Shown piece after piece: positions 51,953 through 64,000 of a DNA stretch of 64,000 nt; the first letter of the stretch is position 1, and each line of letters opens with the position of its first letter. The translations under genes were made by a program, and so were the position numbers. Origin of the DNA: Eledone cirrhosa. Lineage: Eukaryota. The stretch is taken from contig OZ024741.1 of the NCBI GenBank assembly GCA_964016885.1, positions 307,086,001-307,150,000 of the forward strand. Reading direction: 5' to 3'. Below the pieces are notes generated by a model. It was given only the letters and a program-made list of their open reading frames with translations, ran no database searches and had not been told where the DNA came from.

Positions 51953-53240
51953 TTATGGAGGATAAGTATCTAAAAGTGTGTTAAGCTTATATGAGCTGGA
52001 AAGCAGGTGTGATTTCATGTGTGGGCAACTGGTGAAAATTTCCGTCTTTGTGTTCAGGCAGGTCTTTGGTGATTTTAGATTTTGCAATATCCAATATTTT
52101 TCGTTTATGCAGAGCGTTCATTTTCTTGTTCCTCTAGCATATTCTTTAGATTGGTTCAAAATTGACCAATCTAATTTATATTGGATGCCTTGGTCTTTCA
52201 AATCCCAAATTCTGCTAGCCAGAGCTGTTGTAAATCTTTTTTCTGGATGTCGAAAGGATGCGACATGTGAGTAATAACGCGTTTTGAATTTGTCTTGCGT
52301 CATACCCACATATCGTTCACTGGTGGCTGGATGGTTGTTGCTGATGGTTGTCACTTTAGCCGCATATACAATGACTTTGGTGTTGCATTTACCTTGTAAT
52401 GGGCATTCACTTTTGATTCTACAGAAGCAAGTTTGATTTTCTCTAGGTGATATTTTGTTGATGATATAGGACTTAATAGGGAGACCGCAGGAATAGCTAA
52501 TTTTGACACAGTTTCTGTTAAAGATCTTATAGTATCTATGAGTTCTAGGGAAATGTTTATCTAGGAGCTCTAGGAATTTTTTGCCTACATTAGTTTTAAC
52601 TGCTAGAGAGTAGGGGTGTGTGAACCAGATTATTTTTCTTTTCCTGTATTTATGTTTAATAGAGTTAGTATAGTTGGGTATGTATTTAATCGGTTCGCTA
52701 AAACCGCTATTTTGGAGGGCTTTATTATAGTAGGGGGATGCCTTATTAAAAATATCTTCTGAGGAAGAGAGGGTGGAGATCCTACGGCTAATATTAGGGA
52801 TAAGATTTTTAAAAACTATAGGTGGATGGCAAGAGCCTTTATTTATATATTTTAAGTTTTCATTAGGTTTATGGTATGGTTTATAAGAAGCAGTAGGCAA
52901 ATCTAGGTTTATATCTAGGAAATCTACATTGGAAAGGTTAGTGTCAATAGTAATTTTAAGATTAAAACTAGCGAAGGTTTTTATTAAGGCTTTCCTTAAT
53001 CTATCTAAGTTATGTCCTATGGTGGTATGGGAAAGTATTAGACCATCGTCGCGATAAATCCCAAAAATATGGTTAGGAAATTTTTCTTTAAGAGTATGTA
53101 GGAGGAATAGGCCGACCAGATCACAAACATCAGCACTGTCATAAGAGCCCATTGAGACATGGAATGGGTTCTCTGGGTTAGATATTTTTACCCAAGTGTC
53201 ATTATCATTAAAAAGTAGAGTGTATCTAGCGTGCAAGATG
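51953..53240 (-). pseudogene. YRDD-type PLE RT C-half plus GIY-YIG, 5'-truncated, single in-frame TGA at 52118-52120; element 3' region extends to about 50530
   Basis: SMGSYDSADVCDLVG, GIYRDDGL, DFLD, CFCRIKSECPLQGKC, YVGMT..FKTRY..H, K*TLC..EK, CPH. Confidence 0.9.
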
Positions 53241-53241
53241 A

Positions 53242-53381
<140 letters not shown>

Positions 53382-53542
53382 TTGTTGAGTGCTTTTATAT
53401 CAGTTATAAATATTTACTCGTTGTAACCCAACAATTTAAATAAAACTTTGCATATATACATATATATATCATCATTCATCATTTCATTATATATATATAT
53501 ATAGGAAAGATGAATATAAACTGAAAGTGCTTTTATAAAGGA

Positions 53543-53680
53543 ATTTATTAGGTATTGACATATGTTTCTGTAACAGACGGAATACCAATGTATCGCTGCT
53601 TGCGTAATCATATAATTTTAGCAAGTATTCGATAGCAAATGTATAATCAGTTGTCACTTCTTCAGAGATATTGGATAAAT
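53543..53680 (-). ncRNA. Hammerhead family J with ~95-nt helix II
   Basis: TATCT CTGAAGA A-GTGACA...TGTTAC-A GAAAC ATAT GTC AATA; helix I imperfect. Confidence 0.55.
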
Positions 53681-54343
53681 TGGAAAAAATCAGAAAAATT
53701 GAAGTATTTATATTAGTTGTAAGAAAGGAAGAACAGAGGGGATAGTATATGACAGATGGCAATTCAATTTACTGGTAAACAAGTATATAGGTTTCTAATG
53801 AGAATACAATGAGTATATGGCTTATTTTATCTAAATAAGAATTTTTGGGAGTGCCTAATTTAATCTATACTTGACCAATTGAACAATGGACAGGGCTGGT
53901 CGTTTGGTGTAGTAGTATTAATAGATATAAAGTGTCAATTAAGGAAGAGGGAGATTTTCACTGCTACTGTATAACAACAATGCTGGTAGCCTGCTGGTAT
54001 ATGCATTAGGGAATTGAATTAAGAAATCTCACATTATCTATAGCAGTTTATATTAAATGGTAAAGAATAGAAGAGTTGATAGAATTATGACTAATAGAGA
54101 ATGTTAATATGTATTTTTACAATCAAACGGAGATGGAGACAGGCGTTCAATCCTGGTAGCGTTTGTAATATGAAAATGTAGATTTCAAGCGATGGTTACA
54201 GTATAACGATCGCTCTATTCTGTTATTTAATAAAATATTTTTGGATTTAATAATACAAAATAATTCCATATTACACAATTTACAAAATTCCTGTCCTTGG
54301 AAATATGCAGGGGCAGATGCTATTATATCCCATTTTAGGTTAA

Positions 54344-54411
<68 letters not shown>

Positions 54412-54612
54412 TTAGTTATACTATTTATGGTTATGTAAACACAAAACCTTAAGCAGTTGTAAGTATTTTACACACACCCTAAATAGTGGTAGGCAGTAAT
54501 GTATTACTACCTTATTACCAGTAAGTTAAGTAGCTCAATGTAAAAACATCAGATGATTTACAGAGCAGTTATATGAAATATAAGAATCAAAGAACTGTTC
54601 AAAACATTATTG

Positions 54613-54659
54613 TGCTTACAGCTGTTTCCTCCAAACCGAGGTTTGGATTCTTCGGAGCA
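54613..54659 (-). ncRNA. Hammerhead family D (C4 variant), best copy, in pseudo-LTR island 54410-54780
   Basis: TGCT CCGAAGA A-TCCAAACC TC GGTTTGGA-G GAAAC AGCT GTA AGCA. Confidence 0.7.
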
Positions 54660-54829
54660 ATTTATTAATGCATGGACAGTTATATGACCTCCTTTTCAGC
54701 CGAGAGACATACCAAATACATATTCAAACATTGATACATATTCAAACATTGTGGGTCAACATTCATTACAGAATTTAGAGTATACATACATATATACATA
54801 CATATATACATACATATATATATACATAT

Positions 54830-57800
54830 ATGTAGAGGTTATATTTAATTTGTTGGGATACAACAAGCAAAATATTTTTATAACTGATATAAAGGACTCA
54901 ACAAATTATTGGAGTAAATATACAATATATAAACAAATGGAAACTATATTTATAAAACCATATTTATTTTATTATACATATTTCAAGGGCCACCAGAGCA
55001 AACTATGGTGCGCTTTGATCAGATAAAATATAATATAGGTTAGTTTCATAAATAAATATTGACATACCCTTAAAAAATGCAACCATTCTGATTGGAATCT
55101 CCTGGATAGTGGAGTTATTAGATTTATTGTTGGTTTATTATGCAAATTAGTGTTGGAAAGTTTATTTAAATTAAGCCGTTGGAATAGGGAAAAAACAGAA
55201 AAGAAAGAGAAAAAACGAAAGAAAGAAAGAGAGAAACCTGAGTATATTTTAGTGAGAGAGAATAGCGTAATTTTGAGAGAAGAAGCGAAGAAATAAATAT
55301 AGCATGGATGAATACCGTAAGATGGATAAACAATAATAATAACCAATAATAAATAACAATAAAGTGGATAAACACTAATAAAGCTAAGTTGAAGAATTTA
55401 TCTAATGTTTAATTAATAAATTTGATTAAATGTTTAATTAATAATTTATCAATTCAATCCGTAGTTTAAATGTGTATGTTATATTATTAAAGTTGAGACC
55501 TATATATTATTATTAAAGAATATATATTATTAAAAAATATGTTATTATTACAAAACCATATATAATTTTATTATTTATTATTAATTAATTATTTAAAAAA
55601 AATTGTAAGTTTAAAATATCCGAATATTTCTAAGCTCATTGAATTTCCGAAACTTTACAGAAGAATAATCCCTTATTTGTAATAGCAGTAGAGCGTAAAG
55701 GAAATTGCTAGCGATTTATTAATAATTTAGATAGCTCTAAGGATTAAATGCTATAAAGTTAAGATGTTAAACATTTTTAATTATCCATCTTAATAATGTA
55801 ATTAGAGTATGAATTTTATGTTATTTTATAGCAAGTTATAAATTCATAACTCCAACCTGTCATACAGTTATGACTGTTAAAAATATAAATTTGTTTGCTA
55901 TAACATGTTAATATTTAAAAATTCATTCATTGGAATATATCCAAAGCATAAACCATAAAAAAATCTTTCATAAGAGTATATCTGTAGAATATATTTAAAG
56001 TATAAATTTTATATATATAAACATTTTGACATACATATACATACACATACACATATATATACATTAAGCATTTGAAAAATATATAAATACAAAATATACA
56101 ATATAAAATATGAAATATGAATTTTAATTTAAATTATGAATTATGAATTCTTTGTACCCATCATAGGAATTTTCAGAAAAAACTCCTTCTTCAAATCTTT
56201 CAGTACGTTTATCAAGAAAAGTTCTTCAAGAAAAAATCCTTTCAAGATAGTTATAAGCAATCATATGAAGGAATCCAATGAATTATCGATAGGTTTAATA
56301 AAGATGAGTTATGTATTACAATTTATATATATATTTAAATGTTGAGTTCAATCTATGTTTGCAAGAAGTGAAAAGATTACCTCTTAAATTAACAGAATTT
56401 TTACTTTTTAATATAAAGAATATTTCCTCTATACAAAGAGCGCAATTTTCAGAAGAAGCATTGAATGGGGGAGCTTTAAAGATAATATTCCAAAGTAAAG
56501 AATAGTTAGTATACTTTGATTTTAGGTCCCATAGTAAGCTAGATAGAGAAGTTGAAGATGTTTTATTTATATTCGTAAAAGAGCATTTATGGTTATTAAA
56601 ACGAGCTTAAAATCTGTGGAGGTAGAGCCTACATAATTAAATGAATTTAAATTAGTTTTTACATTACAATTATATACTATATTTTTAACTAAACAATTGT
56701 TATTTCACGGACAGTTAGATTTATTTCTACAGTTACATTTATCAAAATTCAAGTTACTAGGAGCCGTGTTATTAAATTGGATATTGCTGGGGTTGTTAAT
56801 GGTATTCTGGTTAGGTTTTAAGTTTCTATTATTAATTCTATTAATATTCTGGCTAAATTACTGGTGGTTGAATACATTAATGTTATAGTATGTGTATTAA
56901 ATATTGAGTAAAACCTATGTGTTCTAGGAAAGCATTTATCTAGAGCTTTAAAGAATAATTTAGCAATAGGAGTTTTAATACTTAATGAGAAAGGAGGAGC
57001 GAACCATAATATATTCCTAGTTCTATTTCTTTTTTTGTTTTTCGAATTATTGTAAGGTTTTCTATTATAGTTGTTAAAATTATAGTTATTTGTCATATCA
57101 TTACTATCAATGTATTTAATTTTATTACTATATCCAGCTCTACCTAACGCTTTGTTATAATATTGCGCTTTATCTTCAAAAATATTTTTATTAGCTGAAA
57201 TTCTAGAAATACGTTCCTGCACAGAGTTTACTATAGTGTTTTTAACGGATCTGGGGTGATTTGAATTAAAATTAACGTAGTTTAAGTTCTCGTTTAATTT
57301 GTGAAATGGATAATAAAGACCTGTGTTAAGGTTTAAAGTTACATCTAGAAAGTTAATTATTTTATAATTATTCTCTATTTCTACTTTAAGATTAAGGTAA
57401 TTAAAAAATTGTATAATTTCGTTTCTTTTCCTATTTATTTCACAGTTATTATTATTTTCTATAAGTAATAGCATATCGTCGCGATATAAACATCCGGTCA
57501 TTATTATTATCCGGTCATTATTATTATAGTTATATTTAATGTCTTTAAACCAGTCGATAACTTCGTTAGTTCCTTTCTATAATTTTAAATAAGATAATTC
57601 TTTAATTTGTGGTATGATTCTGTCTAAGATGTTCTTGCTAAGTATGCCAAGTTCCGATTTAGATGGTGCAATTAATCTAACTGGTAATTCAATTTCAAAA
57701 TTTCTTTTATGGTCCTTCATATTAATTTTTGGTTTTCTTGGCATGAAGGGTTGTGTCCTATTTTCAATGACTAATTCTTGCCTTATGTAAGAAGCTTCTG

Positions 57801-58017
57801 TATTCAATTTTCCAAGGTCATCATGAGTTGTCTTTTTGTATTTCTTCCTTAATTCCTATAAGATCGCTATAAATATCCTTTTGCATTCCATAGAGATTGT
57901 TGGTTTTATCTGACTTGACTAGAATTTTTTCCGTTTTTTCAAAGCTTTCTATTTCATTTTTGAGATTTCTTAGGTAATCCTGGCCTATGAAGTTTTTTTT
58001 ATTTAATGCTTCGAATG
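54830..58017 (-). mobile_element. Degenerate YRDD-type PLE with family B pseudo-LTR (HHR CTGATCA at 54965-55030)
   Basis: KSDKTNNLY, MKDHK..VRLIAPSKSELG, CLYRDD, NFLDVT, WFAPPFS, CNCR..CP, CALC; internal deletion near 57500. Confidence 0.88.
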
Positions 58018-58048
<31 letters not shown>

Positions 58049-58064
58049 AATATACATGTATATC

Positions 58065-58097
<33 letters not shown>

Positions 58098-58130
58098 GTA
58101 TATATATGTATATATATATATATGTATATA

Positions 58131-58304
<174 letters not shown>

Positions 58305-58370
58305 CATATACATGTATATATACATATACATGTATATATATATATATGTATATATATATATACATGTATA

Positions 58371-58406
<36 letters not shown>

Positions 58407-58786
58407 CATATATATATATACATATATATATACATATATATATACATATATATATACATATATATATACATATATATATATATATACATATATATATACA
58501 TATATATGTATATATATACATATATATATATGTATATATATACATATATATATATACATATATATTTGGGGTGTTAGTAGGCGTCAGTCATCTTACCATC
58601 CCATTCCTTCTAACTAGCCTCTGTGTCACGTGATTGATTCTTTAGAATCGGCCATTTGACTTGAAGCAGTGAGAATTTCGGTACATAGAATCCAGTCCTC
58701 GCAAGCTGTTCGATCTACCGAATTATTATTATTTTTATATGAGCCGCCAGTGTCCGCGCATTGCCTGGAGACTTAACTGAGAATAG

Positions 58787-58868
58787 ACTCCCTGATGACG
58801 CAATGAATTCTCGACAGTTGGATTACGTAACTGTCTTTATCCCATTGCAGAAACTAATTAGTTGGAGT
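58787..58868 (+). ncRNA. Type I hammerhead family A
   Basis: ACTCC CTGATGA C-GCAATG..[GACAGTT..AACTGTC]..CATTGC-A GAAAC TAATTA GTT GGAGT. Confidence 0.72.
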
Positions 58869-59351
58869 GAAAATTTAAGTAAGTAAAAAATTTAAAAAAA
58901 AAATTTTTTTTTTTTTTTTAGATATTTTCTTCTTTTACGTCCTTTATATTATTGTTCTGCATTCTCCTGCATTGAACCACCTAGGTACTATGACATAACC
59001 TGTGTATTTGCTAGCATGGGCGTGCATCTGTGCGCTTATGTTAGTTGATATATTAAATTATCTATATTTATCTCCAAATCACTGATTTGTCGAGCAAACT
59101 TGCCAAAACCACTGCTAAAAAAATTTTTTTTTGGGGTGTTAGTAGGCGTCAGTCATCTTACCATCCCATTCCTTCTAACTAGCCTCTGTGTCACGTGATT
59201 GATTCTTTAGAATCGGCCATTTGACTTGAAGCAGTGAGAATTTCGGTACATAGAATCCAGTCCTCGCAAGCTGTTCGATCTACCGAATTATTATTATTTT
59301 TATATGAGCCGCCAGTGTCCGCGCATTGCCTGGAGACTTAACTGAGAATAG

Positions 59352-59433
59352 ACTCCCTGATGACGCAATGAATTCTCGACAGTTGGATTACGTAACTGTC
59401 TTTATTCCATTGCAGAAACTAATTAGTTGGAGT
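59352..59433 (+). ncRNA. Type I hammerhead family A (second tandem copy)
   Basis: Same motif at +565. Confidence 0.72.
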
Positions 59434-59651
59434 GAAAATTTAAGTAAGTAAAAAATTTAAAAAAAAAATTTTTTTTTTTTTAGATATTTTCTTCTTTTAC
59501 GTCCTTTATATTATTGTTCTGCATTCTCCTGCATTGAACCACCTGGGTACTATGACATAACCTGTGCATTTGCTAGCATGGGCGTGCATCTGTGCGCTTA
59601 TGTTAGTTGATATATTAAATTATCTATATATATATATACATATATATATAC

Positions 59652-59682
<31 letters not shown>

Positions 59683-59695
59683 CATATATATATAC

Positions 59696-59732
<37 letters not shown>

Positions 59733-59894
59733 CATATATAATAATATATATATACATATATATACACATATATAAATATATATATATACATACATAAATA
59801 TAAATATATATATACACATATATATATATATATATACATATATATACATATATATATATACATATATATACACATGTATATATATACATATATT

Positions 59895-59926
<32 letters not shown>

Positions 59927-59956
59927 CATATATATATATATACATATATATACACA

Positions 59957-59989
<33 letters not shown>

Positions 59990-59997
59990 CATATATT

Positions 59998-60051
<54 letters not shown>

Positions 60052-60107
60052 CATATATATACACAATATATATACATATATATATATATATATACATATA
60101 TATACAC

Positions 60108-60156
<49 letters not shown>

Positions 60157-60163
60157 TATATAC

Positions 60164-60194
<31 letters not shown>

Positions 60195-60249
60195 CAGATA
60201 TAGATACGTAAATATACACGGGTGTGTATGATTGTGTATAGAAGATTAC

Positions 60250-60642
60250 ATTAATAAGAGGAATTCCAACTTTGTCTGATTTACTCGTTTTATTTACAAT
60301 CCTTTAAAATATATATAATATGGTATTATAATGAAATAGTATGATAGAATATTAAATTCTAAGTGTTAATTGAACAAGTACTTTCATGCTTTCGCAATCT
60401 TCAGGTTCATGATATGTGGTGACAGTCGAGTTTGCAATTTTCAACAGTTGAAAATTGCAAACTCGACTGTCACCACATATCATGAACCTGAAGATTGCGA
60501 AAGCATGAAAGTACTTGTTCAATTAACACTTAGAATTTAATATTCTATCATACTATTTCATTATAATACCATATTATATATATTTTAAAGGATTGTAAAT
60601 AAAACGAGTAAATCAGACAAAGTTGGAATTCCTCTTATTAAT
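60250..60642. repeat. Apparently perfect palindrome (196-bp arms, centre 60446) with family E hammerheads at 60371-60409 (-) and 60483-60521 (+)
   Basis: Arms read as exact reverse complements. Confidence 0.9.
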
Positions 60643-60690
60643 ATATATATACATATATATATATACATATATATACATATATATATATAC

Positions 60691-60739
<49 letters not shown>

Positions 60740-60792
60740 CATATATATATATACATATATATACATATATATATACATATATATATATATAC

Positions 60793-60837
<45 letters not shown>

Positions 60838-60922
60838 CATATATAAACATATATATATTTACATATATACATATATATATATACATATATATATATACAT
60901 ATATATATATATACATATATAC

Positions 60923-60969
<47 letters not shown>

Positions 60970-61233
60970 CATATATATATACATATATATACATATATAT
61001 ATATATACATATATACACATATATATATACATATATACATATATATATACATATATATATATACATATATATACATATATACATATATATATATACATAT
61101 ATATATACATATATATACATATATATATACATATATACATATACATATATATATATATATATATATATTTTTATATATATATATACATATATATATACAT
61201 ATATATGTATATATATATACATATAAATATACC

Positions 61234-62667
<1,434 letters not shown>

Positions 62668-62745
<78 letters not shown>

Positions 62746-62757
62746 CATATATATATT

Positions 62758-62789
<32 letters not shown>

Positions 62790-62843
62790 CATATATATAT
62801 ATACATATAGATATACATATATATATATACATATATATATTTA

Positions 62844-62893
<50 letters not shown>

Positions 62894-62927
62894 CATATAT
62901 ATATATACCTTTATATATATATATATA

Positions 62928-62983
<56 letters not shown>

Positions 62984-63038
62984 CATACTTATATATATAT
63001 ATATACATACATATATATATATAAATATATATATATAC

Positions 63039-63075
<37 letters not shown>

Positions 63076-63123
63076 CACATATATATATATATACATATAT
63101 ATATATATGTACACAGATATATG

Positions 63124-63156
<33 letters not shown>

Positions 63157-63287
63157 GTACATATATATATATACATATATATATATATGTACACATATAT
63201 ATGTATATATATATAAATATATATATATATATGTACACCTATATATGTATATATATATACATATATATATATGTACACATATATATG

Positions 63288-63320
<33 letters not shown>

Positions 63321-63392
63321 GTACACACACATATATATATATATATATATACATATATATACATATATACATAAATATATATATATACATAT

Positions 63393-63423
<31 letters not shown>

Positions 63424-63446
63424 TACATATATATATACATATATAT

Positions 63447-63523
<77 letters not shown>

Positions 63524-64000
63524 TATATACATATATATACATATATATATACATATATATATACATATATATATATATGTACACATATATATGTATATAT
63601 ATATATATATATGTACACATATATATATATATATACATATATATATATGTACACATATATATATATACATATACATATATATATACATATACATATATAT
63701 ATATATATATTCATATATATATATACATATATATATATACATATATACATATACATATATATATATACATATATAAATATACATATATATATAGATAAAT
63801 ATATATGTACACACATATATGTATATATATATATATATGTATATATATATGTATATTTATATATGTATATATGTACACATATATATATATGTAAACACAT
63901 ATATATCTATATGTACACATATATATATATATATATGTACACACATATATATATATACATATATATATATATGTACACATATACATATATATATGTACAC
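62668..64000. repeat. Degenerate (TA)n array with recurrent TGTACAC variants
   Basis: Directly visible. Confidence 0.97.

Larger units (their letters stand above)
58566..59628 (+). mobile_element. Head-to-tail 565-bp tandem unit with one hammerhead per unit (retrozyme-like or tandem pseudo-LTR)
   Basis: 58566-59066 matches 59131-59628 almost exactly; no ORF; flanked by TA arrays. Confidence 0.75.

Overview
Eukaryotic (animal; the SINE/LINE/microsatellite style is octopus/cephalopod-like, by inference) repeat-saturated region with no recognisable host gene. Roughly 30% is degenerate (TA)n/(TACA)n microsatellite; all the IY/YI/MY-rich ORFs in the ORF track are artefacts of it. Between the arrays lie retroelement islands: at least eight Penelope-like element (PLE) copies with RT and/or GIY-YIG remnants (one near-intact with a TSD at 17.7-21.1 kb, one partial-tandem copy at 24.6-29.3 kb, several YRDD/CxCx5C-type copies), RTE and CR1-group LINE fragments, and tRNA-derived SINEs. 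The main signal is RNA-level. By eye I find about 27 type-I hammerhead ribozyme (HHR) motifs in about 11 sequence families. Most have a palindromic minimal helix III (dimer-type), several have non-canonical cores (U3-A8, C4, mismatched 10.1-11.1) or very long helix II, and several show covariation between copies. They occur in PLE pseudo-LTRs, in ORF-less fold-back palindromes anchored in (TA)n, and in a 565-bp tandem unit that looks like a retrozyme. All structures were folded manually and coordinates of degenerate element ends are approximate.
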